From assembly GCA_964420015.1 (NCBI GenBank), contig CAYQPO010000002.1, positions 7,997 to 71,996 of the forward strand: a DNA stretch of 64,000 nucleotides. The letters are read 5' to 3'. Under the pieces are notes generated by a model that saw nothing but the letters and a program-made list of their open reading frames with translations, made no database searches and was not told where the DNA came from. Below are positions 1-9,695 of the stretch, one piece after another. This stretch comes from an uncultured Candidatus Saccharibacteria bacterium (GTDB lineage: Bacteria; Patescibacteriota; Minisyncoccia; Phycocordibacterales; SBAW01). Position 1 is the first letter of the stretch, and every line of letters starts with the position of its first letter. Both the position numbers and the translations under genes were made by a program.

Positions 1-832
1 GAAGCTCCAAGACGAAGACCCAACCTTCCGCGTGACCTCAGACCAAGAGACCGCTGAGACGCTCATCTCGGGCATGGGCGAGCTGCACTTGGAGATTATG
101 GTCGATCGTATGAAGCGCGAGTTTAATGTCGAGGCCAACGTGGGCAAACCGCAGGTGGCCTACCGCGAAACCATCCAGGCTGCTGCCGAAGCAGAGGGTA
201 AATATATTAAGCAGACCGGGGGCAAGGGTCAGTACGGCCATGTGCGCCTGCGGGTGAAGCCGCTTGAGCCGCTCGATCCGGATAAAAAGATTGCTAAAAA
301 CGTTACGCGTGAGGACCACTTCGAATTTATCGACTCGATCAAAGGGGGTGTGGTGCCGCAGGAGTTTATCGGCCCGGTCGAAGACGGCGTGCGCGAGGCA
401 ATGGAGCGTGGCTTTGTTGCTGGCTTTAAGATGGTGGATATTTCGGTTGAGCTCTACGACGGTTCCTACCACGACGTCGACTCCTCAGAAATTGCATTTA
501 AAATCGCGGCATCGATGGGCTTTCAAGAGGCGCTGCGCTCTGCCCGTCCGGTGTTGCTTGAGCCCATCATGAAAGTTGAGGTGGTGACTCCAGAGAAGTT
601 TATGGGTGACATCACTGGCTCACTTTCAGGTAAGCGCGGCCAGATTGAAGGGATGGAGGAGCGCGGCATGGCACGCGCAATCAAGGCCAAGGTGCCCCTT
701 AGTGAGATGTTTGGGTACACCACCTCGCTTCGCTCGATGACCGAGGGTCGCGCGAGCTTTACCATGGAGTTTGACCACTACGAGGTGGTGCCACCGCAGG
801 TGGCCCAAACGATCATCGCCGCGCGCAAATAG
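1..832 (+). CDS. fusA: elongation factor G, C-terminal portion (5' end lies outside window)
   Basis: ORF 32..832 translation ([16 protein letters not shown]...[12 protein letters not shown]) matches EF-G domains IV/V; the frame is open to the window edge; followed by tuf as in the str operon. Confidence 0.9.
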   Translation, partial: KLQDEDPTFRVTSDQETAETLISGMGELHLEIMVDRMKREFNVEANVGKPQVAYRETIQAAAEAEGKYIKQTGGKGQYGHVRLRVKPLEPLDPDKKIAKNVTREDHFEFIDSIKGGVVPQEFIGPVEDGVREAMERGFVAGFKMVDISVELYDGSYHDVDSSEIAFKIAASMGFQEALRSARPVLLEPIMKVEVVTPEKFMGDITGSLSGKRGQIEGMEERGMARAIKAKVPLSEMFGYTTSLRSMTEGRASFTMEFDHYEVVPPQVAQTIIAARK

Positions 833-959
833 TCTTGCGTAATCCAGAGACTCTGGTAGTATGTCCAGAACGCTAGTGCGGGCGCCTGCCTGCCGGCAGG
901 CAAGTGTATCCCTTTGCTCGAAAATTAATTAGTAGGGTTAATAATTAGTAATTGTTTAT

Positions 960-2153
960 ATGGCAAACTTTGAACGTGCGAAGCCGCACCTAAACGTCGG
1001 CACCATCGGCCACGTCGACCACGGCAAGACGACGCTCACCGCGGCGATCACCCACGTGCTTGACATGGCGAAGGGCCAAGGCTACGGCGCTCGCGTCGAG
1101 GGTGTTGACAAGATCGACAACGCTCCCGAAGAGAAGGCGCGCGGTATTACGATTGCGCTCCACCACTCGGAGTACGAGACCCCGAACCGCCACTACGCGC
1201 ACATCGACGCGCCTGGCCACGCCGACTACATCAAAAACATGATCACGGGTGCGGCACAGATGGACGGTGCGATCCTCGTGGTCGCCGCAACCGACGGTGC
1301 GATGCCGCAAACGCGCGAGCACATCTTGCTTGCTAAGCAGGTCGGCGTGCCGAAGATCATCGTCTTTCTCAACAAGACCGACATGGTTGACGACAAAGAC
1401 CTCATCGACCTCGTCGAGGAGGAGGTAAAAGACTTGCTCAAAAAGCAGGGCTACACCGACTCGCCGGTTATCCGCGGCTCTGGGCTGAAGGGTTTGGAGT
1501 CTAAATCGATGGACGATGAGTGGGCTAAAAAGATCCTTGAGCTCGTAAACACGCTCGACAGCTACATTCCTGAGCCCAAGCGCGAGCTCGACAAGCCGTT
1601 CTTGATGCCGGTAGAAGACATCTTTTCAATCGAAGGCCGCGGCACCGTCGTGACTGGCCGCATTGAGCGCGGTGTGGTTAAGGTGGGCGAGGAGGTAGAG
1701 ATCGTAGGACTGCAGCCGACCACCAAAACGACCGTGACCGGTATCGAGATGTTTAACAAACAACTTGACCAGGGTCAGGCCGGCGACAACGCAGGAATCT
1801 TGCTGCGCGGTACTGCTAAAGAAGACATCCACCGCGGCCAAGTACTGGCCAAGCCTGGGTCTGTAACCCCGCACACCGAGTTTGAGGCTGAGGTATATGT
1901 GTTGACCAAAGACGAGGGGGGCCGCCACACGCCATTCTTTTCTGGCTACAAACCGCAATTCTACATCCGCACGACCGACGTGACCGGGGAGGTAACCTTG
2001 GCACAGGGGACCGAGATGGTCATGCCAGGTGACACCGCCAAGTTTAAGGTCAAGCTCGTAGCGCCAGTCGCCTTGGAGGAGCAGACCCGCTTCGCTATCC
2101 GCGAGGGTGGCAAGACGGTCGGCGCAGGCGTCGTTACTAAGATCACTGCGTAA
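960..2153 (+). CDS. tuf: elongation factor Tu
   Basis: 397 aa; [19 protein letters not shown] GTPase motifs; full-length EF-Tu. Confidence 0.97.
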   Translation: MANFERAKPHLNVGTIGHVDHGKTTLTAAITHVLDMAKGQGYGARVEGVDKIDNAPEEKARGITIALHHSEYETPNRHYAHIDAPGHADYIKNMITGAAQMDGAILVVAATDGAMPQTREHILLAKQVGVPKIIVFLNKTDMVDDKDLIDLVEEEVKDLLKKQGYTDSPVIRGSGLKGLESKSMDDEWAKKILELVNTLDSYIPEPKRELDKPFLMPVEDIFSIEGRGTVVTGRIERGVVKVGEEVEIVGLQPTTKTTVTGIEMFNKQLDQGQAGDNAGILLRGTAKEDIHRGQVLAKPGSVTPHTEFEAEVYVLTKDEGGRHTPFFSGYKPQFYIRTTDVTGEVTLAQGTEMVMPGDTAKFKVKLVAPVALEEQTRFAIREGGKTVGAGVVTKITA

Positions 2154-2174
2154 TCTAAGAAAACTAAACAGAAA

Positions 2175-2202
2175 AACCCGGCCTCGCGGTCGGGTTTTTC
2201 TT
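2175..2202 (+). terminator. rho-independent terminator after tuf
   Basis: hairpin aacccggcctcgcggtcgggtt followed by a T-run. Confidence 0.6.
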
Positions 2203-2302
2203 ATGCTAGTATGGTTTTGTTCGAATATTATCTGTAAGCGTTAGCTAATCGGGTATAGGTTACTCCGAGCGTAGTCGAGGAGAGAACTAGACCCACGTAA
2301 TT

Positions 2303-2713
2303 ATGGCAACCGAAAAGAAAGAGAAGAAGGCGCCCTCTTCCGTTAAAGCTGCGGAGAGCAAGCCGGCAAAGCCGCGCGCGCCTCGTGCAAAAAAGGCAGA
2401 CGCGCCGGTGGCGCGGCTGCGCATTAAGGTCCGCGCCTACGAGCACAAGGTGCTCGACGCGTCGGTGAAGCAAATATTAGACACCGCGCTTCGCTATGAT
2501 GCGAAAGTTGCGGGGCCAATCCCTTTGCCGACCGAAATTAAAAAGTATACGGTCAACCGCTCAACCTTCATCTACAAAGATGCGCGCGAGCAGTTTGAGA
2601 TGCGCATCCACAAGCGCGTGATCGATATTCTCGACCCCACGCCGAAGGTGATTGAGGCGCTCACTAACTTGTCACTCCCATCTGGAGTCACCATTGACGT
2701 CAAGATGGCCTAA
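2303..2713 (+). CDS. rpsJ: 30S ribosomal protein S10 with Lys/Ala-rich N-terminal extension
   Basis: [15 protein letters not shown]...[26 protein letters not shown] is the S10 core; ~35 aa basic N-terminal tail. Confidence 0.9.
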   Translation: MATEKKEKKAPSSVKAAESKPAKPRAPRAKKADAPVARLRIKVRAYEHKVLDASVKQILDTALRYDAKVAGPIPLPTEIKKYTVNRSTFIYKDAREQFEMRIHKRVIDILDPTPKVIEALTNLSLPSGVTIDVKMA

Positions 2714-2720
2714 ACAAAAA

Positions 2721-2744
2721 CTCCCGCTCCGGCGGGAGTTTTTC
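2721..2744 (+). terminator. rho-independent terminator after rpsJ
   Basis: ctcccgc-tccg-gcgggag hairpin + TTTTT. Confidence 0.75.
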
Positions 2745-2876
2745 GTGTATAGTGATGGTGTCCGAGTCGAGTCGAGAGGGGCCACAAGCCTCAGACCCTC
2801 GGAAACGGGCGAGGATCAGTTCATTAACCCAAATCCTTGCTGACAGGCCGGCGGCACACCCCCGCCGGCTTTCTGT

Positions 2877-2904
2877 TTGCATAAAAAATTGAAAGAAGTA
2901 TAAC
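2877..2904 (+). promoter_or_regulatory. sigma-70-like promoter TTGCAT-N16-TATAAC, ~5 nt upstream of the CPBP gene ATG (leaderless-like)
   Basis: seen in sequence; the TTGCATAAAAA motif recurs at 3507 in front of rplC. Confidence 0.45.
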
Positions 2905-2908
2905 CCTT

Positions 2909-3475
2909 ATGGGCGTTGCACCTACAACGGCAAAGGAGGAGACCGTGCGCGCATTACAGCAGTGGCTCCTCAGGGAGCCGTCTGGGAATCTGTTGCTCGG
3001 GTTGTGCCATTTTTTCCTGGCGCTTCTTGTGTTTGATCTACTGTACCCAACCGCGTGGTTTGCCGAAGTGGCAAAATCCCTACCACTCCCAGAATATCAG
3101 CGTCCTAGGCCTCTTGATCCAAATCTGAGGTCTTATATGGTCCTGCTTCTGGCCACTCCCCTGCTAGAAGAGTTTTTCTATCGAGTTGTGCCCTTGACCG
3201 GAGCTGTTTGGTTGTCGCGATGGGGCGGTTGGGTTGGAATATGGGCAATCACAGTGGAGAGTTCTTTGTTCTTCGGGTTTAGGCATGTACCTACGTGGGG
3301 GTGGGGAACAATACCTTTCTATTTTTTGGTGGGAGTGGTCTACTCTCTGTTGTATCTGAAGTGTGGTGGATTGCAGGGTAAGATCCTAAAACCTTTCGCA
3401 ATCTGTGTAGGATCCCATATATTCTGGAATTGGTTCGCTCTGGTCTTGCAATGGATCCAATTGATCTACAGGTGA
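2909..3475 (+). CDS. CPBP-family (CAAX/Abi-type) intramembrane metalloprotease
   Basis: 188 aa, multi-TM; EEFFYRVV (EExxxR), FGFRH (FxxxH) and HIFWN (HxxxN) motifs typical of the CPBP family; sits between rpsJ and rplC. Confidence 0.7.
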   Translation: MGVAPTTAKEETVRALQQWLLREPSGNLLLGLCHFFLALLVFDLLYPTAWFAEVAKSLPLPEYQRPRPLDPNLRSYMVLLLATPLLEEFFYRVVPLTGAVWLSRWGGWVGIWAITVESSLFFGFRHVPTWGWGTIPFYFLVGVVYSLLYLKCGGLQGKILKPFAICVGSHIFWNWFALVLQWIQLIYR

Positions 3476-3506
3476 GGCGTCGCAAGTTAAGCGGCGCCTC
3501 TTTAAT

Positions 3507-3535
3507 TTGCATAAAAATTTGGCCTAGAGTATAGT
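3507..3535 (+). promoter_or_regulatory. promoter TTGCAT-N17-TATAGT upstream of rplC
   Basis: -35/-10 spacing; shares the ctag(g/a)gTATAGTG extended -10 with promoters at 6515 and 12182. Confidence 0.5.
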
Positions 3536-3615
3536 GCCTGAGACGTTAGAAATAGCGTTGATGAGCGTCCCAGCGGCTTTGCCGCACTCAGGCGTAGAGC
3601 GGACCAACCACAACT

Positions 3616-4287
3616 ATGAAGTTTATCCTTGGCACAAAGGGCAAGATGACCACCGTGTATACCGAAGAGGGCACGGCTTTTGCCGCTACCATCATCAACG
3701 CAGCCCCCAACACGGTGACGCAGATTAAGACCGCCGAAAAAGATGGCTACGATGCGGTGCAGCTCGGGGCGGGCGAGACTAAAGCAAGCCGCATCAACAA
3801 GGCGCAAGTTAATCATGCTAAGGGCAAGGCGCTTAAAAATTTTCGCGAGCTGCGCCCGCGCCCCTCGACTAAGCTCGGGGAAATCGACAAAAACTTTCCC
3901 GAAGTAGGCTCGACGGTTGACGTATCGACCTTTGCGGTCGGCGACAAAGTGGTCGTCTCGGCAATCTCCAAGGCCAAGGGCTTTCAAGGCGTGGTCAAGC
4001 GCCACGGCTTCCATGGCGGCCCGCGTTCACACGGCCAAAAGCACTCTGAGCGCGCGCCGGGCTCAATCGGCGGCGGCGGCGGTCGCGCAGGCGGCCGTGT
4101 CGCTAAGGGTATGCGCATGGCCGGCCGCATGGGGGGTGAGTTGGTGACGGTACGCAACCTTGCAATCCTTCAGGTGCATCCCGAGACCAACGAGCTCGTG
4201 ATTTCAGGCGCGATCCCGGGCCGCAAGGGCACACTCGTGGAAATTAGGGGTCTCAACCCTTCGACTGACGCTCAGGGTAAAAAATAA
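3616..4287 (+). CDS. rplC: 50S ribosomal protein L3
   Basis: 223 aa; L3 signature (KGKGFQGVVKRHGF); operon position. Confidence 0.95.
   Translation: MKFILGTKGKMTTVYTEEGTAFAATIINAAPNTVTQIKTAEKDGYDAVQLGAGETKASRINKAQVNHAKGKALKNFRELRPRPSTKLGEIDKNFPEVGSTVDVSTFAVGDKVVVSAISKAKGFQGVVKRHGFHGGPRSHGQKHSERAPGSIGGGGGRAGGRVAKGMRMAGRMGGELVTVRNLAILQVHPETNELVISGAIPGRKGTLVEIRGLNPSTDAQGKK
4256..4281 (+). repeat. dispersed motif A copy (ACCCTTCGAC-N-GCTCAGGGTAAA) at the rplC/rplD junction
   Basis: encodes the L3 C-terminus ...NPSTDAQGKK and precedes the rplD ATG by 16 nt. Confidence 0.8.
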
Positions 4288-4296
4288 GAATTTTTT

Positions 4297-4977
4297 ATGG
4301 AAAGCAAAATCTATAACTCACAAGGCAAAGAGGCAGGGAAGATCGATCTCCCCGAGAACCTCTTCGGTTTGCCCTGGAACGCCGACCTGGTGCACCAAGT
4401 GGTGACCTCGATGCAGGCCAACGCCCGCACGCCGGTGGCACACACTAAAGATCGCGGTGAAGTACGCGGCGGTGGTCGCAAACCTTGGCAGCAAAAGGGC
4501 ACTGGTCGCGCTCGCCATGGTTCGTCGCGCTCACCCATTTGGAAGGGTGGCGGTGTAACCCACGGCCCGCGCAACGAGCGCAATTATTCGGTTAAAGTAA
4601 ACCGCTCAATGTCGCGCAAGGCGCTCCTCGTAGCACTCTCGCGCAAGTACAAAGACGGTGAGGTAGTCTTCGTCGATTCGCTCGAGACCACAGCACCAAA
4701 AACTGCTGAGGCTAAAAAGGCGATCGTGGCGCTCAGCAAAAACTTTAAGGGCCTGGAAAAGCCGCGCAACGCTGCACTGGTAGTGTTGCCAGCGCGCAGT
4801 GTCCCGACCATCAAATCCTTCCGCAACTTTGGTAACGTGGCGGTCGAGGAGGCGCGCAACCTCAATGCCTTGAGCGTCCTTTCGGCCAAGTATGTGCTCG
4901 TCTCCTCGCCCAAAGAGTCGCTTGAGGTGATCGGTAAAAATGGTAACCCTTCGACAAAGCCTCAGGGTAAAAAATAG
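4297..4977 (+). CDS. rplD: 50S ribosomal protein L4
   Basis: 226 aa; L4 family; operon position. Confidence 0.93.
   Translation: MESKIYNSQGKEAGKIDLPENLFGLPWNADLVHQVVTSMQANARTPVAHTKDRGEVRGGGRKPWQQKGTGRARHGSSRSPIWKGGGVTHGPRNERNYSVKVNRSMSRKALLVALSRKYKDGEVVFVDSLETTAPKTAEAKKAIVALSKNFKGLEKPRNAALVVLPARSVPTIKSFRNFGNVAVEEARNLNALSVLSAKYVLVSSPKESLEVIGKNGNPSTKPQGKK
4946..4972 (+). repeat. motif A copy at the rplD/rplW junction
   Basis: encodes the L4 C-terminus ...NPSTKPQGKK; the flank (aaaaataRgaattttttATG) is near-identical to the copy at 4256. Confidence 0.8.
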
Positions 4978-4986
4978 GAATTTTTT

Positions 4987-5274
4987 ATGAAAAAGCACGC
5001 ATCCCAAATACTCTTTGCCCCGCGCATTACCGAAAAGGCCTCGTTCTTAAGCGAGCAGGGTGCTTATACATTTGATGTAGCAAAAGATGCCACCAAAGAG
5101 GCGGTGGCAACCGCGATCCGCGAGGTCTACCAAGTGGTGCCACGCAAGGTTACGTTTGTCACTGTGCCGCGCAAAATGGTTATAACGCGCGGTACTAACC
5201 GCTACGGGCACACCCGCGGTGGCAAAAAGGCCTACGTCTTTTTGAAGAAAGGAGACAAAATTGAGATTGCGTAA
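4987..5274 (+). CDS. rplW: 50S ribosomal protein L23
   Basis: 95 aa; L23 family; operon position. Confidence 0.9.
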   Translation: MKKHASQILFAPRITEKASFLSEQGAYTFDVAKDATKEAVATAIREVYQVVPRKVTFVTVPRKMVITRGTNRYGHTRGGKKAYVFLKKGDKIEIA

Positions 5275-5296
5275 GGGTAAATTTTAAGAAAAATTT

Positions 5297-6142
5297 ATGA
5301 AATCCTACCGACCATACACCAAATCGCGCCGCCACATGAGCACCGTTACCTTTAAGGGAGTGCTCACGCATAGCGAGCCGCACAAAGCACTTACCCAAGG
5401 TGGCAAGCGCCACATGGGCCGCTCAGCTGGCCGAATCTCGGTGCGCCACAAGGGCGGTGGTCACAAGCGCCTCCAGCGTTTGGTCGACTTTAGCTACAAA
5501 AAGTTGGTCCCCGCCAAAGTCGAAACAGTCGAGTATGATCCCAACCGCTCGGGCTTTATTGGTGTCTTGGTGTATCGCGACGGCGAGCGCCGCTACGCGC
5601 TCTTGCCACGTTCGATTAAGGTGGGCGCCACGATCGAAACGGGCGAGGGCGTCCCCGCAACTCCAGGCAATCGCATGCCGCTTAAACATATCCCGCTTGG
5701 CACCTTTGTATACAACGTCGAGATCAAACCGGGCCAAGGTGGCAAGCTCGGCCGCTCTGCGGGCACCCACATCGAGATAGTGGCGCGCGACCAGGGCTAT
5801 GTTGACCTTAAGATGCCTTCGAGCGAAATTCGTAAAGTGCCTGAAACTTGCTGGGCGACCGTCGGCGAGGTCTCTAACGACGAGCACCACCTACGCGTGA
5901 TCGGCAAAGCTGGCCGCTCCCGCTGGCTCGGGATCCGCCCCACGGTGCGCGGTACCGCGATGAACCCGGTAGATCACCCGCACGGCGGCGGCGAGGGCCG
6001 CCAGGGCAGGGGGCTTCGCCGCGCAAAAAGCATGTGGGGTAAGCCCACCGGCAAGGGCCAAAAGACGCGCCGCCCGAAAAAGTATTCTAACTATCTCATC
6101 GTCTCTCGTCGTAAGGTTGGTAAACGCGGTCAACAGCAATAG
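5297..6142 (+). CDS. rplB: 50S ribosomal protein L2
   Basis: 281 aa; HKGGGHKR...PVDHPHGGGEG L2 signature. Confidence 0.97.
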   Translation: MKSYRPYTKSRRHMSTVTFKGVLTHSEPHKALTQGGKRHMGRSAGRISVRHKGGGHKRLQRLVDFSYKKLVPAKVETVEYDPNRSGFIGVLVYRDGERRYALLPRSIKVGATIETGEGVPATPGNRMPLKHIPLGTFVYNVEIKPGQGGKLGRSAGTHIEIVARDQGYVDLKMPSSEIRKVPETCWATVGEVSNDEHHLRVIGKAGRSRWLGIRPTVRGTAMNPVDHPHGGGEGRQGRGLRRAKSMWGKPTGKGQKTRRPKKYSNYLIVSRRKVGKRGQQQ

Positions 6143-6154
6143 AAAGAAAAACAA

Positions 6155-6180
6155 TCACCCTGGCTGAAAAGCCAGGGTGA
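6155..6180. terminator. bidirectional hairpin terminator between rplB (+) and the antisense ORF (-)
   Basis: tcaccctggc-tgaaaa-gccagggtga hairpin; the T-run is on the minus-strand side. Confidence 0.5.
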
Positions 6181-6197
6181 CCGCGCTCTGCGCATCA

Positions 6198-6464
6198 TTA
6201 TTTGCGCATCGTCTGGTAGTCTCTCAAGAGCGCGTTGTAGCGCTCTGTGCACTGCTCGCAATCTTCGGTGACGTGCTTCCACGTCAGTTCCATTGATGCG
6301 CGGTTATTGAAGAAATGGCAGAAATACGCGCTGCGTGCCAACCGGACTTCGTGGAGGCTTCTCTCTCCAGTCGCCGTAAAACTACGCAGATCATACTCCA
6401 AGCGCTGAAGCCTCGTCTCTACCGGTCCCCGGAAGGGAACCGTATCCACGGACAAGGTGCTCAT
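6198..6464 (-). CDS. hypothetical protein (88 aa) encoded antisense inside the ribosomal-protein cluster
   Basis: ORF with its own downstream hairpin terminator; no recognisable family. Confidence 0.4.
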   Translation of the reverse strand: MSTLSVDTVPFRGPVETRLQRLEYDLRSFTATGERSLHEVRLARSAYFCHFFNNRASMELTWKHVTEDCEQCTERYNALLRDYQTMRK

Positions 6465-6514
6465 GGTTCCCTCCGCACTGTCTGTCCAACAACACTGTAC
6501 ATTTTACCGGACGC

Positions 6515-6543
6515 TTGCACAAGATATCCTGCTAGGCTATAGT
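6515..6543 (+). promoter_or_regulatory. promoter TTGCAC-N17-TATAGT upstream of rpsS
   Basis: gctaggcTATAGTG extended -10 shared with other r-protein promoters. Confidence 0.5.
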
Positions 6544-6617
6544 GTCCACACATCGCGTACCGCAAGGCCCAGGCGCTCTCTGCTTGTGGCGGGTAGGCGA
6601 ATTTATATTGGCAGAGT

Positions 6618-6980
6618 ATGGCACGCAGCCTCAAAAAAGGACCCTATGTAGATGAGAAGCTCCTCAAAAAGATTGAGGGGAAACGCCCTTTGGACACCGG
6701 GCTGATTAAGACCTGGGCGCGCCGCTCACAGATTGCTCCTGAAATGGTGGGCTTTAAGTTTGGAGTGCATAACGGCAAAACTCATATTGAGGTGCTCGTC
6801 TCTGAAGACATGGTGGGGCACCGCTTGGGGGAGTTTTCTCCTACAAAGAAGTTCTTGCGCCACGGCGGCAAGATGCAGAAGGAGATCGAGCTCAAGGCCA
6901 AGGAGGCCGAGGTTGCAGCCGCACAAGCTGCCAAGGCCGCCGCTGATGCAACGGCCAACAAAAAGCCGGCCGCAAAATAA
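6618..6980 (+). CDS. rpsS: 30S ribosomal protein S19 with Ala/Lys-rich C-terminal extension
   Basis: [12 protein letters not shown]...[13 protein letters not shown] is the S19 core; ~30 aa extension. Confidence 0.93.
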   Translation: MARSLKKGPYVDEKLLKKIEGKRPLDTGLIKTWARRSQIAPEMVGFKFGVHNGKTHIEVLVSEDMVGHRLGEFSPTKKFLRHGGKMQKEIELKAKEAEVAAAQAAKAAADATANKKPAAK

Positions 6981-7010
6981 TCTATACATCACTCGTAAAC
7001 TCGTATCCCT

Positions 7011-7370
7011 ATGGCAGCCGCAACCGCACAACTCAAAAACTATCGCCAAGCACCGCGCAAGGTGCGCCTTTTGGCCGATTTGGTCCGCGGCAAGAGTGCC
7101 GAGCGTGCACTCTCGCTCCTCTCGGTGCTCCCCAAGCGCGCCTCTGAGCCCATGCAAAAACTCATCAAGTCGGCCATCGCAAACTCGGGCGCCCCTGCCT
7201 CGGAGCTCTACATCTCAAGCATCCAGGTTAATGGCGGAATTGTGTTTAAGCGCATGATGCCGCGTGCTCGGGGCAGGGGTGCGCGCATCAATAAGCGCAC
7301 GAGCCATATCTCGCTTTCTTTGGATAAGAAAGTGAAATCCGAAGCACGAAGTCCGAAATCCGAAAAATAA
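7011..7370 (+). CDS. rplV: 50S ribosomal protein L22
   Basis: 119 aa; L22 family; basic C-terminal tail. Confidence 0.9.
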   Translation: MAAATAQLKNYRQAPRKVRLLADLVRGKSAERALSLLSVLPKRASEPMQKLIKSAIANSGAPASELYISSIQVNGGIVFKRMMPRARGRGARINKRTSHISLSLDKKVKSEARSPKSEK

Positions 7371-7371
7371 T

Positions 7372-8046
7372 ATGAGTAAAGTAGTACACCCATTTGCACA
7401 CCGCCTTGGCACGCTTCGCGACTGGCGCCACCGCTGGTTCGCCGAAGGCCCCGCCTATATTGAGAATCTCAAGATGGGCGTCCTTTTGCGCGAGCATCTT
7501 ATGAAAGAGCTGCGCGGTATGTACGTGGGCGGCATGGAGCTCGAGCGCAACACCAAGCAACTGCGCGTCGTGATCAAGACCTCGCGTCCAGGCCTCATCA
7601 TCGGCCGCTCGGGAGAGGGCTCGGCAAAACTGCGCCAAAATATCGAGAAGTTCCTCCGCAAGAAAGGGCTCGCGGTGCCCGAGATTAAGCTCGACATTGA
7701 AGAAATCCGTAGTCCAGAGTCGTCCGCTGCGATCGTAAGCTACATGGTGGTCGAAGGGCTCGAGAAGCGCTTGCCATTTCGCCGGGTGCTCAAGTCGACT
7801 ATTGAAAAGGTGATGGCCAACCGCGATGTAAAGGGCGTGCGCATTCAAATTTCGGGCATGCTCGGCGGTGGCTCAATGGCCCGCACCGAAACCTTGAAGA
7901 AGGGCCGGATTCCCTTGCAGACGATCCGTGCCGACGTCGACTACCACCGCGAGCGCGCTAACTTACCGCTGGGTGTCGTTGGGGTCAAGGTCTGGATCTA
8001 CAAAGGCGACATCTTTAGCAAGAGCGCTAAGGACAACAAAGCGTAA
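7372..8046 (+). CDS. rpsC: 30S ribosomal protein S3
   Basis: 224 aa; KH domain plus S3 C-terminal domain. Confidence 0.95.
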   Translation: MSKVVHPFAHRLGTLRDWRHRWFAEGPAYIENLKMGVLLREHLMKELRGMYVGGMELERNTKQLRVVIKTSRPGLIIGRSGEGSAKLRQNIEKFLRKKGLAVPEIKLDIEEIRSPESSAAIVSYMVVEGLEKRLPFRRVLKSTIEKVMANRDVKGVRIQISGMLGGGSMARTETLKKGRIPLQTIRADVDYHRERANLPLGVVGVKVWIYKGDIFSKSAKDNKA

Positions 8047-8062
8047 TTAACTTTTTCTTACC

Positions 8063-8482
8063 ATGCTGTTTCCTAAAAAAGTAAAATTTCGTAAGTCGCA
8101 CACCATGCGCAAAAACCCCAAGATCGTTAAGTTTGCAACGAGGGGGGTAACCATTGCCTTTGGCAGCCATGGCCTCAAAGCCACCTCGGCCGCGCGCGTG
8201 CGCTCGAACCAAATTGAAAGTGCGCGCAAGGTGATCGCGCGCTCACTTGGCAAAACCGGTAAGCAGTGGGTGCGCATCTTCCCCGATAAACCGTTTACTA
8301 AAAAGCCGCCAGAAGTAAAACTCGGCAAGGGCAAAGGCGAATTGGAGGGCTACGAGGTGCAGATCTGGCCGGGCCGTGTTTTGTTTGAAGTAGACGGCGT
8401 GCCGGCAGAGCTGGCGGTCAAGACCTTGAACTCGGCTGCGAAGAAACTGCCGCTCAAGGCCAAAGTCGTTGCCCGTCACTAA
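8063..8482 (+). CDS. rplP: 50S ribosomal protein L16
   Basis: 139 aa; L16 family. Confidence 0.95.
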   Translation: MLFPKKVKFRKSHTMRKNPKIVKFATRGVTIAFGSHGLKATSAARVRSNQIESARKVIARSLGKTGKQWVRIFPDKPFTKKPPEVKLGKGKGELEGYEVQIWPGRVLFEVDGVPAELAVKTLNSAAKKLPLKAKVVARH

Positions 8483-8498
8483 CACGTATCCCACTACT

Positions 8499-8705
8499 AT
8501 GGCAAAGAAAACTGATTACAAAAATCAATCACACGAAGAGTTGCGCAAGGTGATTAACACCAAGCGCGAGGAGCTGCGCAGCTTGCGTTTTAATTACTCC
8601 GGTAGTAAAAATCGTGATGTTAATGCGGCGATGAAGCTGCGCCGGGAGATCGCCCGAGCGCTCACTGCGCTTAATAACCCTTCGACCAAGCCTCAGGGTA
8701 AATAA
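8499..8705 (+). CDS. rpmC: 50S ribosomal protein L29
   Basis: start moved to MAKKTDYK (in frame with ORF 8469); L29 family. Confidence 0.85.
   Translation: MAKKTDYKNQSHEELRKVINTKREELRSLRFNYSGSKNRDVNAAMKLRREIARALTALNNPSTKPQGK
8677..8703 (+). repeat. motif A copy at the rpmC/rpsQ junction
   Basis: encodes the L29 C-terminus ...NNPSTKPQGK. Confidence 0.8.
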
Positions 8706-8713
8706 GAATTTAT

Positions 8714-8980
8714 ATGGACAAGCAAAGCAACAAAGTCGGCCCTAAAGAGTTTCGCGGTACCGTCGTCTCGACCAAGATGGCACAGACGGCCGTGGTTGCA
8801 GTTTCGCGCTACGTGAAGCATCCCAAGTACAAGAAGTATATTAAGCACACCAAGAAGTTTGCGGTGCACAATCCCGAGAACCGCGCTCAAGAGGGCGAAG
8901 TGGTCACCATTCGCGCGACCCGCCCGCTTTCTAAAACGAAACACTTCGAGATCGTGTTCAACCCTGCCGCTCACTCGTAA
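8714..8980 (+). CDS. rpsQ: 30S ribosomal protein S17
   Basis: 88 aa; S17 family. Confidence 0.92.
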   Translation: MDKQSNKVGPKEFRGTVVSTKMAQTAVVAVSRYVKHPKYKKYIKHTKKFAVHNPENRAQEGEVVTIRATRPLSKTKHFEIVFNPAAHS

Positions 8981-8992
8981 ACTCGTAAATGT

Positions 8993-9373
8993 ATGATTCA
9001 AGATCGCTCACTCGTACACATTGCAGATAACTCCGGCGCCAAGATCGGACGCATCTTTAAAATCCCCGGCAGCTCAAAAAAGCGCTACGCCGAGATAGGG
9101 GAGCATGTCGTGCTCTCGGTGCAAACTGCCGAGCCGCGCAAAGCGGTAAAAAAGAAGGACATCCTGCATGCGGTAGTGGTGCGCCAGCGCAAACCGTTTC
9201 GCCGCAAAGACGGCTCCTACATCCGCTTCGACGACAATGCGGTCGTGATTTTGGAGTGGGGCGCTAAGGATAAAAAAGAGCCGAAAGCTGGGCGCATCTT
9301 TGGACCGATCCCGCGCGAGCTCCAAGACTTGGGCTACCAGACTATTATTTCGCGCGCTCCGGAGGTCGTCTAA
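8993..9373 (+). CDS. rplN: 50S ribosomal protein L14
   Basis: 126 aa; L14 family. Confidence 0.95.
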   Translation: MIQDRSLVHIADNSGAKIGRIFKIPGSSKKRYAEIGEHVVLSVQTAEPRKAVKKKDILHAVVVRQRKPFRRKDGSYIRFDDNAVVILEWGAKDKKEPKAGRIFGPIPRELQDLGYQTIISRAPEVV

Positions 9374-9412
9374 GGTTAAACCTTGAGAGCTCTTGTGTTA
9401 AGGTTTAACCTT
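9372..9412 (+). promoter_or_regulatory. long inverted repeat / RNA hairpin between rplN and rplX
   Basis: aaggttaaacctt - gagagctcttgtgtt - aaggtttaacctt (13-bp arms); spans the rplX RBS region. Confidence 0.35.
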
Positions 9413-9418
9413 GAATCT

Positions 9419-9649
9419 ATGCAACCGAAACTACATATTAAAAAAGGAGATACGGTGACGATCCTCAGTGGGGTCGACAAAGGCAAAAGCGGCAAGGTCG
9501 TGCGCGTTTTCCCCAAACTCGGCAAAGTGCTTGTCGAGGGCGTGGGCAAGCGCGTTAAGCACCAAAAACCGCGCCGCGCTGGGCAAGCTGGCCAAGTGGT
9601 GGAGAAATTCCACCCCATCGCTGCAAGCAAAGTGGCGCTCAAGAAATAA
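9419..9649 (+). CDS. rplX: 50S ribosomal protein L24
   Basis: start at MQPKLHIKKGD (in frame with ORF 9383); KOW motif. Confidence 0.85.
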   Translation: MQPKLHIKKGDTVTILSGVDKGKSGKVVRVFPKLGKVLVEGVGKRVKHQKPRRAGQAGQVVEKFHPIAASKVALKK

Positions 9650-9656
9650 TGGATAG

Positions 9657-9680
9657 ACCCTTCGACAAGCTCAGGGTAAA
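9657..9680 (+). repeat. motif A copy between rplX and rplE (non-coding)
   Basis: acccttcgacaagctcagggtaaa followed by tttgaagacaaatttATG. Confidence 0.8.
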
Positions 9681-9695
9681 TTTGAAGACAAATTT

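Noticed and set aside
2750-2875. Possible small RNA between the two hairpins after rpsJ
   Set aside because: No recognisable family (not SRP, 6S or RNase P by eye). It may simply be the spacer between two terminators.
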